This document shows positions 1 through 17,449 of a stretch of DNA of 64,000 nt, one piece after another (the stretch's first letter is position 1; each line of letters opens with the position of its first letter). The stretch spans positions 8,608,001 to 8,672,000 of the forward strand of contig CP086569.2 of assembly GCA_009914755.4 (NCBI GenBank), given 5' to 3'. The notes below the pieces were generated by a model, which saw only the letters and a program-made list of their open reading frames with translations, had not been told where the DNA came from and made no database searches. Origin of the DNA: the human T2T-CHM13v2.0 reference genome, Homo sapiens. Both the position numbers and the translations under genes were made by a program.

Positions 1-1839
1 TTTTGGACACTGGTAATTTTATGTATGTTTTTCTTATTGATTTTCTGAAGTTTTATAAACCCCCAATATAATTTTTAAAATTTAAGATCTGAAGATTTTC
101 AAAAAGCTAACTCAGAAGTCATTTGTGGCCATAATGTTAACTTCTAATGAAAAAAATAATTTTGAAACTTTAGCAAAACATACTTTAAAGATACCAATTA
201 GAAAGCACTGAAGTGCTCAATTCTATCTTTTTAATAAAATTTGCATTTAAATAGTCAATTCAACAAAATACTTTACCCTTATAGTAAGAACCAATTATTA
301 AATGTTGATTACCTATCTCCTGCATGGTTTTCTAAATATTTCACAATTGTCATTTTGGTAACAATCACTTAGCATATTTGTTAGAATTGCTGGTTTTCCA
401 GGTCTCATCTCAAATGATTGAACCAGGATTTTGAAGCAAAATAATGAGAAATATCAGGATATATATTTTATGACCCACATAATTATTTGCGGATATTTGT
501 GAAACTCTGGTCTGACACATAAAATAAAACAACAACAACAACAGCAATGGAAAGAAAACAATCAAACAAAGAACATCAAGTCAGGAATACATACCTTACA
601 GTCTCCTCACTCCCTACTTCTCAAGTCATATGCCCCTGTCTTCTTTCTCATTCTTGGTAAATACTACTCCATCTATGTAGCACTTCACAGGAGTAATTAA
701 CCTGCTAGTTTGCAATTTAGCAAAAAGTAAGAAACCTATTTCTGAACATTTTCTTTAGGAACATGGTTCTTGCTATACACTGTGTGTCAGTTAATGCTAT
801 GGATAGATATAAAATAGCAGTATTTAACAAAAATATTTGACCACTGTGGCAAAATTACCTTCCGTAAATGATCCACTGCTACTAAGATTACATTTACATT
901 TTGGAGAATGTGCTGACATTTTGAATTTCACATATTCATGGGAGATTGGAAAGTGTCTTCAGATGTCAGTGTTTATAATGTTGAGTTAATAGTTGTATTA
1001 ACCTCAAAATTTTTCTCTATTAAAGCGGTGTGCAGGTATTGGATAAACAGGTATGCCACTGAAGCATAGCTGTGGCTAAAGTTGTAAAAGTTTTTGTGAA
1101 ATTGCACAAGACAACATCTCCACAGCAAATTTAGATTTTTGGCTCACATGGGTGATGTTTGAGAAAAGGACATTTTTTATTCTTAATGATTTCCCAGATG
1201 GTCCTTAAAGCGAGATAACACAATACTGTGGAAAGAGGCAATTCTGTAATCTGACATTAGACTTTAAGATATGCTAACTATTTTGAGAGCCAAATTTCAG
1301 AAGTATGAAGTGGGGTCTAAAATATCTTGTACCTGTGTGTAGAGTTATAAAGATAATATAATAATAATAGATCCTGTTTGCCTTGTGCTTTTCTGTAAAA
1401 CAAAGTCATCATTTAACTTTGTTACTTAGTATAGCTTCGTGTGGGCATTTTTTTAAGGAACATTTATATTGTGATAAAGAAAACAGTAATACTGGCACAA
1501 AATGGTACTTACTCCAACATTGACTTTGAAGAGTTCCAGCTGTTCTGTAAAGAAACTGATGTGAATTAAAAAAGAAATTGGATGATTGAAGATTGTTAAG
1601 GGGCAAGTCTTTATTTACCGAGAAAAATTTTCAGGGAGGACACACAGCCTGTGAAGTGTTGGATGTGAAGGATGAAGACCCATCAAGAAGAGGCTACCTC
1701 AAGGATCATCCTCTACATTTCTAGCTTGAAATACAACATATATAGTGCTGTGAATTTCTGAAATAGTGGAATACTGTAGAGGGAAACACGTTTGGAGGAT
1801 GAAATGTAATATAATTAAAATAATCCTTACTAACCATTA

Positions 1840-1950
1840 GAGACAGGTTTCACTATGTTGGCCAGGATGGTCTTGATCTCTTGACCTCGTGATCCACCCA
1901 TCTCAGCCTCCCAAAGTCCTGTGATTACAAGCCTGAGCCTCCACACCTGG
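1840..1950 (-). mobile_element. Alu left-arm-only fragment (FLAM-like or 3'-truncated Alu), reverse orientation
   Basis: The sequence gagacaggtttcactatgttggccaggatggtcttgatctc...cctcccaaagtcctgtgattacaagc is the reverse complement of the Alu 5' monomer. No right arm is present. Confidence 0.8.
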
Positions 1951-2340
1951 TTAAAATTTTTATTTTTTATTAAAGCCTTTTAAACCTTATTAACAGTATT
2001 TTTCTGATATTATAAACTATTCTCTAATATTTTCTTCTAGCAATTTGGCAGCTTTGGTTTTTACATGTATTTTTAAAATCATTGTCCATGGGGTCTTCTG
2101 TATATCATGACATAAAGATTTATTTTTATATGTGTTTAACAAATGTGTTTAGTCCATTTTGCCTTCAATTTTCTTCTTAGGATATTATTGAATAGTGCAT
2201 TACTTCAGCATTGCTTAGACTGCAACTTCTGTCATAATAGTGTATTTACTTCCAGGTTACTTCTATTTGCAATAGATTTTTACATACTATAATATTTAGA
2301 AACAGCTGTATGGAAGTGTTCACTATTAAGCAGAGTCCTC

Positions 2341-2620
2341 AGCCGGACGCGGTGGCTCATGCCTGTAAACCCACCACTCTGGGTGGCCAAGGGGAATGGA
2401 TCACAAGGTCAGGAGTTCGAGAACAGCCTGGCCAACATGGTGAAACTAAGTCTCTACTAAAATTACAAAAACAAGCCAGGCATTGTGGCAGACAAAACCC
2501 AGTTACTCGGCAGGCTGAGGCAGGAGTGTCACTTGAAACCAGAAGGTGGAGGTGCAGTGAGCTGAGATTGGGTGACAACACTCCAGCCTGGGCAACAAAA
2601 GCAAAACTCCTTCTCAAAAA

Positions 2621-2663
<43 letters not shown>
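2341..2663 (+). mobile_element. Full-length Alu SINE with (AAAT)n-expanded tail
   Basis: Starts agccggacgcggtggctcatgcctgtaaacc; has left and right monomers with an A-rich linker; ends in (aaat)10. Confidence 0.95.
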
Positions 2664-4102
2664 GTCCTCTTTTCCATCTTCCTCTTCAATACCATTGTTT
2701 TCCCACGCTTACTGCAAATTCGCCTAGATGAGTCCCATCCCTTTTCAATTCTGTATTTAGAATTAGCTTGTCAACATACAAGCATCTTGCTGTAATTTTT
2801 ATTATTATTGCCTGAAGTTATGTATTAATTAATTTATATATTAATATAGAAAGAGACTTCTTATCATGTGAAGATATTTTAACAATTGCCTAGCACACAT
2901 TTTTATGTATATTTTGACTTCCATTTATGATGCCCTTCAATAAAATTTAGTACTTTTCCTTGAAAATTTTTGTGTTTTTTTATACCATTTATTTTTATAT
3001 GGCTCATAATTTTGTTTGTTCTCATAAATTCTATCAATTGTAATTAAATTCTAATCATATTGGTTAGAATTTTAGGCGCACCTTACCTACATACTTAATT
3101 ACTCAGTGTTTATGTTACCATTTACATTGTTATTTCTAGCTTAGGGATATGTTCCTCCTTATTAATTTCTTTACTCATCTTCTTGAATTTTCCCTTTTGT
3201 GTGAAATTTCCACTTTCCTGAAACTTAACCTTAAGAAATTATTTCAGCAAACAAACTGTTTGTACTACATCCTTTCAATTTTGTATATCATAAAGTATCT
3301 TTATTTCAATACTCACATTTTAACTGTAGTTTTTAAAAATATATTATTTTAGATTATGGCTTGACAAAACCCTGCTTGTTTATGTTTAATTGTTGCTTTT
3401 TAGAAACTTCTTGCTAGTGGAAATGCCATTCAGGTATAGGAAATTTGTCATTATTTCTAGTACCCTTTAAGATAATTTCATTATATTTGGTATCTATTTA
3501 GGGTGTTTTTGTTTGTTTGTTTTGGAGGAGAACAATAAAGCTCTACTCTCTAAGCAAGTTTGTTAAGTATACGGTATAGTATTGGTGACTGTAGTCACCA
3601 CAGGGGAATGTTTTCATGAGCTATGAGTGAAGTCCCAGCTGTCAAGACTTGTGGCATATAATGAGATTCCCTCTCCAGATGTCTCAGATCTGTAATGGTA
3701 TAGCTTATTTCTCCCAGCATTAAATTTTTTTTTCAAAAAAACAATAGTTACAGCCAATGTGGAACTTTTGTACTCTACCTGATGTCTGCAAATGTGTATT
3801 ATCTTGCACTCAATCTGAATGTTCTATATCATACCTATTATCTAATTTTCACTACCACTCTCATAGCCTGTGACAGAGGATCAGTGCAGGGAGAAGCAGT
3901 GGCCATCCTCGCACTCAGCCCAATGTATCAAATGTAAATTATCTGAAAACAGTGTACTTACTTTGCAAATACTGCTTTAAGACATATCTCTTAGCATCTT
4001 ATGTATATTCATTTAAGTTTAGCCCTAATGGATTTCCCAATGACATCGTGCAGACTTATTCTCTATTTCTGTTAAAAAAAATGTTAATTTAATTTTGGTT
4101 AG

Positions 4103-7245
<3,143 letters not shown>

Positions 7246-8242
7246 TTGAACAATGAGAACACATGGACACAGGAAGGGGAACATCACACACCGGGGACTG
7301 TTGTGGGGTGGGGAGAGAGGGGAGAGATAGCATTAGGAGATATACCTAATGCTAAATGACGAGTTAATGGGTGCAGCACACCAATATGGCACATGTATAC
7401 ATATGTAACAACCCTGCACGTTGTGCACATATACCCTAAAACTTAAAAGTATAATAATAATAAAATTTTAAAAAAAGAAAAAAACAAGACACAAGACAAA
7501 TATTTTATGCACTTTACATAGAATTAACCCACTATGTCACTTAGAATGCCTGTGTATGTGTAGAAAAATTTGAGTTGCGTGCTCTTTTTTATTATATTGC
7601 CACTATGTCAACAGGTAAAACTTGTGTTCTTTTCCATTAATTAACAAAAATAATGCATGGGTATGGTTGTATCACTTTAAAACTCAAAACAACTTTATTT
7701 TATTTTAAAACATTCAATTTAATTTTGTGAAATCAGACATAGATTTTTAAATATCTTTAAATCAATTTGAAGTCATCTAACTTCTTTTAAATTCAATTAA
7801 GTATATTTTTTTGTTTGTTTTTCGATGGTCTCAAATCTTGCTCCATGTCATTTTCTCAGAGAAAATTAGTAACATAACATCAGCTTTACCAATTCAAAAT
7901 TTTTAGTGCCTTACCTCTGCTTGATCTTAAAGTCTTAGCTCATTTTATTTGTAGTCTACACTGTCTTTATTTCAACTAAATTCTTGAAGATTTCAAAACT
8001 GAGTGGTTAAATAAATTAATTATCACCTATTTCTGTGGTGGAAAGACTCCTACTCAGGGCGCTGGAGATGATACCATTTCACGGTCTAAAGTTTCAAATC
8101 AAAGACAAACTAAATCAGGTTGAATTATTCAGTGCTTTTCATTGGCCACCTGACATTACGGTCCAATCAGTAACATTTTATAGCCTGTATGTTAGGTCAA
8201 AATAAGCATAAGGCATGGTTCAATTGGACTTCTAATTTAAAA

Positions 8243-8282
8243 TGAGGAAAGAAGAAGGGAAGGAAGGAAGGAAGGAAGGGAA
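8243..8282. repeat. (GGAA)n microsatellite
   Basis: gaagggaaggaaggaaggaaggaagggaaaaggggg. Confidence 0.8.
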
Positions 8283-11057
8283 AAGGGGGCCATAAAAAGC
8301 TAAAGATAACTTAGAGCTTGTCATCAGCATGAACTCTGTTACTGTATTATTTCATTAAATAAAAAAGCCAAAATGTGTGCTATGCAGGAAGTGTAAATGG
8401 AAGTGGATCTCTGTTATCCATATATTATTCGTAGGTTCTGACTTCAACTGAATCAGTCAAACCCAGCTTGCACCGTATGGCATGACCTGATCATATTCCT
8501 GCAGCTTTTTAAACATGGTTCATTTTTTCTGTTTATGCCTTTATTTCTTCAGTGAGTTCCAGATAGTCTTATTGACTGTCAGTCTCTTATTCACTCTCAG
8601 TTGCTCAGTTTATTGTTTCTATGTTTATTTTTTTGGGGGGGAACTTTGTATTTTAGGAAACACCCCAGTGGCACGTGTCTATTTTCATTTTACTCTGGCA
8701 CTAAGATTGTTGTAGGGCCATCAATCCTCTGTCTTTAGAATTATACATAACCTATGATTTACACACAGTTTGTCATCAAAAATTTGCATTCATTTTCGTT
8801 CAACATCTCTTTCCATTCACTAATTCACCTTCTTGTCTTCTGAATGCTTTTCCAATTGGACTTTGCCAGCCACCTCCACTTTCTAGGAAGAACTTTCTTT
8901 TTCAACAATGTAGATGAGACTGCTTTTCTAACTGCAGTGATGAATCTAATTGGAACTTCATAAATCTTTACAAAATTACAACTCAATACATTCATCGCCA
9001 TCAGTGAGGTACCATTAAAACTATTTTTGTCAAAATAAATCTTGGTTTGGGATGGGCAGAGATGTGGGGATGGACTTTTCCAAAAGAGTACCATCACTTT
9101 GTTTCAGTTTTTAGAATACATTTTTGGGGGTGGTAGAGGGAATAACTGGACTTTTAATAAGTTGGAATAAAACAAACCATCATAATTTCAATCTATAATT
9201 GTAAAAACTTTGGAAGAACCAGTACCCTGAGTTTAAACTATAGTATCATTTTACAAAATTCCTCCTTTTGATAATATAGCATATTTCCTAAAAGGAAAGC
9301 TCTTTAGTCAGATGTATCCTGTATTTACAAATGGCTTTTGAGACTGGTGATTTTACACCAGCACTTACAGTAAGTAGAGTAGAATTATTACTTCCCTAGC
9401 TTTGTGTCTCTCTATATGTCAACATTGTGGGGGAAAGTCTTAAAAAATCAAAACTGATGACTCTAGAGGGAATCCCTCTAATGCCTCAGCTGTTATTAAG
9501 GCACCCCGATGGGAACACTTTAATGGCTCTTGACCATGGCCCTGCTTTCCTAGCCAATCTGCCCCCCTGGATATTCTGTAAGACAAGTATAGACTCTGTT
9601 AACTTTAACTCAGCAGCAAGGTACCTTTTTCTGGCTCCATAGTGCCTACTTAAAACAAAACAAAATGAAACAAAAACATACCAGGCTTATCTTGAATATT
9701 CTCAAATAAGGCCTCAGTTAAAACAGAAGACAGAAATTTGAGGCCAAATGAAACATTATGTTTTAATTCAGCAGAACTGTCTTCTATTTCTTTATAAGAA
9801 GTCATCAGTTGGTAATGAGAAACCTAGAAAAGTTGTGAAAATTAATTTGCTTCTACAAGAATATGCAATAAATCATCCTTTATAATTTTACTCAAAAGGT
9901 AGGAGAGTGATGGTCTGCATATCATCCAGTATTCTCTTCATTGCAATGAGGTTAAAAGATAGCATGAACAATAATGGTTAATACTATATTTACATTTTAA
10001 CTAAAACGTTAAGGTTTACAATGCATTTTGTTTTACCCTGAAGTGGGTAGCCATTACTCCAACTGTATTAATTTGGATGTGTTTGAGGATTAAATCCATA
10101 ATGTCTGGAACACAGTGTATAGTCATATCTTATTCTTCCTATCTTGTGGGTAGCTGATCCATAACATTTTGAAGAGTTTTGTCACGGATTCATGGGTATA
10201 AATGTGAAATAAGTGAAACTAGTATGTATCTTGAGTATCCTTTATTCTTGCTAGACACAATGTCATGGATGCAGTACCTCCCACAAAGTTTTATGGATCT
10301 CTTCTTCACTAATAAACTATGGCAGAGCTCCAAATTAGTAAAACTCCTCAGAGGAGTTCTACTTTGGGATTCCTGGAGCCTAGGTTTCTGTTCTTTCTAC
10401 AAATTACGGATTCCATTATTTGGTGACAAATCATCTATTTAGTAGCAGTATGTGTTGAATGGTTGTGTAAAGTAAAACTAATAAGCTTTCTAGGATGGAA
10501 AATATTTAAAAAAAAAGATTGTCAAATGAGTCTACTTTTAACAATGGTAACAGAAACTAGCAAGTGCATATGTTGAAGGCAATAACATGCAGAACCTTTT
10601 TGTGGTTTCAGAGGAAAAGATGGCAACCCAACCTCAGCATGATAGCGTGCTTAACTTCAGTAGGATAGTGTTTGTATTTTTAGGTACAGTGTAATTTCAA
10701 CTTTTTTGGGTTGGTAATTACAATTAAGGTAGGTTCATGAATAATCCTTGATGAATGAAAATCAATATCTTATATATAAAAATGATACTACTAGTCATGT
10801 ATTTAGGAATTACAAAATTTGTTCCCTACTGTCAGATATTCATTACCTACAATGAAAACTGTTAAAGAGCACACTTTTCAAAGCAAATGTAAGTCTGTCT
10901 CTGGTTGTATTCATGTGATTGATACGCAATGATTCCTTCTCTCCTAAAGGCTTCTAATGGAGAGAGATCTTTATTGAGGCATATATTAAAATATACTCCT
11001 GATATAACATTATTTATGTCAATATTAAGAAGAATTTTGGGAGGTATTTGTAGTTCG

Positions 11058-11151
11058 TTTCTTCCTTTCTTCTTTCTTTCTCTTTCTTTCTTTCTAATTT
11101 TCTTTCTTTCTTTCCTTCCTTCCTTCCTTCTTTCCTTCTTTCTTTCTTCCT

Positions 11152-11161
<10 letters not shown>
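11058..11161. repeat. (TTTC)n/(TTCC)n polypyrimidine microsatellite forming the expanded tail of the adjacent minus-strand Alu
   Basis: cttcctttcttctttctttctctttctttc…ttccttccttccttc…tttttttt, directly abutting the Alu 3' end on the opposite strand. Confidence 0.85.
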
Positions 11162-11432
<271 letters not shown>

Positions 11433-12067
11433 GATGGCTGTAGTTATTTCAATATGCACTAAATAATTTTAACTTAAGGTAACTTCATATTTCTTTGTAA
11501 CATTAAAGAGTCTTTGGATCCAACTTTAAATCTTGAATACAGTTTATTTAACTATTTAGAGTAAGAACAGATATATTTAAGGTAATAATATTGGTTCAAA
11601 TGTATAATTTATGACAGAACATATGCTCTCTACACTGACCATTTCGCAGTTACCTTGTGAAAGATCATAAAGCACCATGGACAAATTCAGGATTCTGTCC
11701 TTGTGTCCTGATTGTTCTTGCTGGGCCTTCCTCCAAATCCTGACTGCCTCACTGACATTCAAGTTTGAGTGGGGCACTGTACATGGTATAAGCAATAAAA
11801 GCTGACCTGCAACTAAAAAAAACATTAATCATATAATCTTATTCACTGTCTTTGTACCACATTATGATACTAATCCCGCTGGGCATAGTTCACTTTCTGC
11901 AATCCTCTTGAATAAGGTCTTTGTTAATAGTTTTCCATGGAAACTTACTTGATCTGGGAAATATATTCCTCTTTGAAATTTAGTTGTGTATATCTGTGAT
12001 GTGTTGATTAATTGCTGGCTCTTTTGCTGCAAGCAACTATGCATGAGATCGAAGCAAAATTACCAAA

Positions 12068-12370
12068 ACACCAGGTGTGATGGCTCACATCTGTATTCTC
12101 AGCACTTTGTGAGGCTGAGTCAGGTGGATAACTTGAGGTCAGGAGTTCGTAACCAGCCTGGGTAATATGGAAAAACCCCGTGTCTACTACAAATACAAAA
12201 ATCAGCCAGACATGATGGTGAATGAAGCCTTTTGTCCAGCTACTCAGGAGGCTGAGACAGAAGAATCACTTGAACTCAAAGGTAGAGATTGCAGTGAGGT
12301 GGGATCATGCCACTGCACTCCAACCCTGTGAGACTCTGTCTCAAAAATATATATATAATAAAATATAAAA
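12068..12370 (+). mobile_element. Alu SINE (older S/J-like), forward orientation, with an A/TA-rich tail
   Basis: caccaggtgtgatggctcacatctgtattctcagcactttgtgaggctgag…ccactgcactccaaccctgtgagactctgtctcaaaaatatatatat. Confidence 0.9.
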
Positions 12371-12845
12371 GCTCCAGGATATCATCTTGCCTATGTATCA
12401 TACATCATCATTTAAAGAACAGAACACCTATTTATATAAATGAGACTATACCAGCAATAATATTAAATATAAAAGTTTGATTTTTAAGTTCATTATTAAA
12501 AGGAGCCTTAAGAAGGTGCAGAATGGATAAAGTTCAAATGTGTATCTTTATTAAAATAGGAATAAATTTTTGGATCAAAAGATGAATTAATGTCAGAATT
12601 TGTCAGATGGAATCTCAATATATATGATACTGTGTATTAATACTTTGGCACAGGTGTTTGGAAATTTTGTGACAAAAAGAAAAAATGTAGCATATCAACT
12701 TACCTTGTATTTAACAAAAAATAATCTCTTCATTATATAATATAAACATATTTATATTATATTATATTATATATTTAATATTTAAATATTTAATATTTCA
12801 TGCTTATTTGAATTATAATAAATTTGCCATGGAGAATATTTAAGT

Positions 12846-12862
12846 GTGTGTGTGTGTTTGAG
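12846..12862. repeat. short (GT)n dinucleotide repeat; a TA-rich low-complexity stretch lies 12720-12800
   Basis: gtgtgtgtgtgtgtttg; tatattatattatattatatatttaatatttaaatatttaatattt. Confidence 0.6.
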
Positions 12863-13711
12863 AGAGGAGATTTCTTATCGTAAAATGGATTATGTTACTA
12901 AATTATTTCAAATTATTTTTAAAAAGGTATACATTTTCCCATAATAATAATGCCACAAGAATTGGAAAGATACATAACAATCTTTGTAATTTCAGGATCC
13001 AACATTAATAAACTCTGACAGGCAAGACATAATTCACTTTGACTCTAAAATGAGTAGGAAGATGGTTAGAAGAGTGGAGGAATACAGCCAGTGGAAGTGA
13101 GAAAAAGATCTGACAACTGAACACCTCTAATATCAGGAGCAAGGGATAAAGCTTTCCGGGTATGGATTTCTAGTAGAAAGGTAACATGTAAAGTCACTTG
13201 CAATCTAATTGTTCACAGAATAAAAACCACCTAACGGCTTATTATTTAAAATTAATAGTCCTGTTGCTTAGCACATATTCATACTTTCCATGGCAGAATT
13301 GTGCTTTCCTATTCCTTTGCTTCCTCTTAGGGGTTAATGGGATGCCCAGACATGAAAAACAAGGAAGGTCTTGAAATGTGTTTGGCAATTGAACTTACGC
13401 TCTTGCCTTCCTGCTTTTCTTTATAAGGAGAAAATAACTTAGCTGTAGGTTTAAAGAGAAAGCATTAGAATCAACTGAGACAAAACCAATTCCAACTAAG
13501 CTTAGAAGAGTAAAAAATCCCTCTTTTTCTGCAGTTACAAAGGCAAAAATACATGCTTACTATAAAATGCTACCAAGTTTTGGTATGGGTAATTATGCAG
13601 CATTATTACTGCATATAATATGTAAAGAGTATAACTTTTATACTCTTTAGCTAAAAAAAGTAGTTTTGCCAAACAAGCATTTGGTACAGAAAGTGTTAGA
13701 CTAAGGTCTAT

Positions 13712-13860
13712 ACAGAAAAATTAAAAGTGAGTAATATTAACAAGAATATTGATGATAACCTCAGTAGCAATAACAGTTAAAACAGAAAATTAGAAGTAAG
13801 TAACATTAACAAGAACAGCAATGATAACCTCAATAGCAATAACAATTAAAACAGAAGTGT
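13712..13860. repeat. Local tandem duplication, two copies of a ~63-bp unit, ~80% identical
   Basis: aaaattaaaagtgagtaatattaacaagaatattgatgataacctcagtagcaataacagttaaaacag versus aaaattagaagtaagtaacattaacaagaacagcaatgataacctcaatagcaataacaattaaaacag. Confidence 0.7.
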
Positions 13861-14276
13861 CTTACTTACATTATCTCATTTTATATAAAAAAGAAACAAT
13901 TCACATTGTGCATTGGAATGCTTTTAAACTCCCACTTTTTTTATTTTAAAATACTATATTTCCATGTAAATGGAGTCTTGCATTTTTCACTCAAATCAGT
14001 GAGACATCCCTTTATTGTGGTTGAACTGCTCTTATCTGCATATGTGGGAATAAATCTTGTCCTAGTTTACAGTTTCTTGAATGAAACAGCAGTAATAACA
14101 ACAACAAGATGTCCTCATCACTGATGCTATGTATGACTTTTTTAAAAAAATCAGTGTTATTTTCTCTATGTTTTGATTGGGCTGTTCTTAGCTTTTCAAA
14201 CAGGCTTTTCAATATCTGTCTTTAGAGAACATCTATCCTTGCCTTATCCTTTTGCTAGCATATAACATGAAGCAGG

Positions 14277-14400
14277 AGTGAGAGAGAGAGAGAGAGAGAA
14301 ACATACAGAGAGAAGCAAATAGAGAGAGAGTGAAACAGGAAAACAGAGAGAAAGAAATGGAGAGAGAGGGAGAGAAACAGAGAGAAAGAGATAAAGAGAT
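14277..14400. repeat. (GA)n-rich polypurine simple repeat
   Basis: gagagagagagagagagagaaacatacagagagaagcaaatagagagagagtgaaacagg…gagagagggagagaaacagagagaaagag. Confidence 0.85.
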
Positions 14401-15167
14401 TCTTCAAAAACAAGAAAGTATTTCTACATCTTAAAGAAAGCAAAATTTGCTGGTGGGTTTGAACTACGGAATGGAAACTGGTTCTATATGTTTAATTAGT
14501 TTCTAATTTCTCTGTAATCTCATCATGAGTCCCTAACAGGAAATAATATTGGCTATACATTTTGTACAATTAGGTGCTCATATATTAGATCATTCTGAAG
14601 GGGCTCACTAAATTATTTACTAAGCCTAATGTATTACTAATGCAAGTTAAACTCTATCTCTAGTGTAATTGTAAAACTCAATGAGTAAATAGTGCCCTGT
14701 GATCATCATGGGCTTGTTATTAGAGGTAAGTGAATCGAGTGCCTCGCGCAATATCTATAATGAAATACCGTATCAACTTGCCCTGATCCATTAAAGGAAT
14801 GAGGGTTTACATCATATTCCACACAAGGAAAAATTGTTAATTGCTTCATTTTCCCTAACATAAGCCACAAAGAATAACAACAACAACAAAAACAAAAATA
14901 GATTCATTCTGTCTTAGTTCTAGTCCAAAAATTAAATCAAACCTTGAGCTTTTCTGTAAATTCCCGACTCCCTAACAAAAATAACTTTATCTTTGCCTTC
15001 GAAATGTTCATACATAGAAATGGAAGAATATTATCTAATTTAACAATAATTCAAAGAAGTGATTAATTGTCCATCATGAACATTACAAATGCAATAAATT
15101 AAATATCTAGTCATTTTTTTTAAATTTTAGAGCAAATTCTGTTTTTATTTTTATTCATTTCATTTTG

Positions 15168-15462
15168 GTTTTATGCCTTTCATTCTCTCCTTTCTCCCCT
15201 TCCTTCCTTCTTTCCCTCCTTCCTTCTGTCCTTCCTCCCTTCCTTCTTTCCTTCCTTCTTTTCTACCTCCCTCCCTCCCGTCCCTCACCTCTTCCTCCCT
15301 TTTTTTCTTTTATTTTTTCTTTTCTTTTCATTCTTTCTCTCTTTTTCTTTCTTTCTTCTCCTTTCTTTTCTTTCTTTCTTTCTTTCTTTATTTCTCTCTT
15401 TCTTCTTTCTTTCTTTCTTTCCTTTTTTTTCACTGTCTCTGTTTCTCTTCTTGATTTTTTTT

Positions 15463-15465
<3 letters not shown>
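15168..15465. repeat. Long (~300 bp) (TTCC)n/(TTTC)n polypyrimidine tract, the degenerated and expanded tail of the adjacent minus-strand Alu
   Basis: Almost pure C/T for 300 bp (ccttccttccttctttccctccttccttctgtccttcctccc…tttctttctttctttc…). The translated ORFs here are poly-F/L/S artefacts. Confidence 0.9.
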
Positions 15466-16126
<661 letters not shown>

Positions 16127-16247
16127 TGATATCTGTTGTAAAGCTCAGTTGATAAGCAATATTGTCTTCCTGGAATGCTTTATGTTTACAAAACAATGAT
16201 AGCACTATTATTTAGCCCCTTTGGATAAAATACGGTAACACACAAAA

Positions 16248-16290
16248 CATATATACACATACACATACACAGACACAGACACAGTCAGTG
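16248..16290. repeat. imperfect (CA)n / (CAGA)n repeat
   Basis: atatatacacatacacatacacagacacagacacagtcag. Confidence 0.6.
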
Positions 16291-17449
16291 ATCAAAAAAC
16301 CAGTGTAGGCCAGGACCTAAAATGAAAGATGAGTTGCTGTAGTTGACTAGAATTAAACCAGACCAGAGTTAACCCACACCCAGCCAAAAGATGTGAACAG
16401 GGGCTTCAAAAAACTCCATCAGATACATGTCAGATTACTCTCCAGCCATAGCAAAGGGACATGAAAGATCTGTTGTGTTTAGAAGAGTCTTGATGGTTTG
16501 ACTTTTCCAAGGTATTAGCATTCATGACGTTGACCTTTAAAGCTCTCCGCAATTACACAAATCAGTAGACAACTCAGTTTTTCTAGGAGTCTAAAGTGCT
16601 TTTCAAAATTATCTAAAACTTAGTGGCTTAAAACAATAATTATAATTTACTAACTTCAGTCTCTGCAATCTTCCACAGTCTCTCAGCCAAATGATTGTGG
16701 TTCAGGGGTACTCAGGAGGATGCAATCTAATGATGGCTTAGGATGGGGACATTGTCAGGTGTCTTCTCATCTCCCTGGTGTCATGGCTAGCATGACTCAA
16801 ATAGCAGGAGCTGGACTGCTGAGATCCTCAGGCATCTGCTTCTATTTGTATGAGTCTCTCCATAGGATGTTCCTTCTACATAGTGTTATCAGGGTGTTAG
16901 ACTTCCTGATGTACTGGTCTGGGACTCCTGAGGGGTTATTCCCCATGAGAGCAGGAGACTTAGGCAGAGCTGTGTCACCTTTTCTAACCTAGGCCAGGGG
17001 TGGCCAGTATCCAGAAAATGCTTGCACTGTTTCCTATTAATTAGAAGCAAATACTGTGTTCAGTCCCAACAGGAATATTTTGAAATGGGTTTGCAAAGAA
17101 TTTCAGTGTTTAAAACCACTACAGTGATCATGCCTAATAATTACTTATTTTTATAAGTGCTGGATGGGTTTTACCCAACATAATAACAGATACAGACTTT
17201 TCAGCTTAAAACTTAAATGTCATAGCTCTGAACATTTGGTTGAAATAACATATGTTGAAATAACTCTCAAGCAAAAGTTTATTTTGAAATGAGAGCTATA
17301 AATAAATAAAATAAATGAGATAAACTCATAAATATCTGGATGAAATGCTTATGAAGAGGTCAGCCTTAAAAAAGTCAATAGGTCTAATGTGCCACTCTTT
17401 TACTATTTCTATGAATATGACTTGGACAGGAGGGCAAGGACTCAGGGGT

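Noticed and set aside
2331-2670. Possible target-site duplication for the Alu at 2341-2663 (aagcagagtcctc versus aagtcctc)
   Set aside because: The match is imperfect and too short to call with confidence. It is not asserted.
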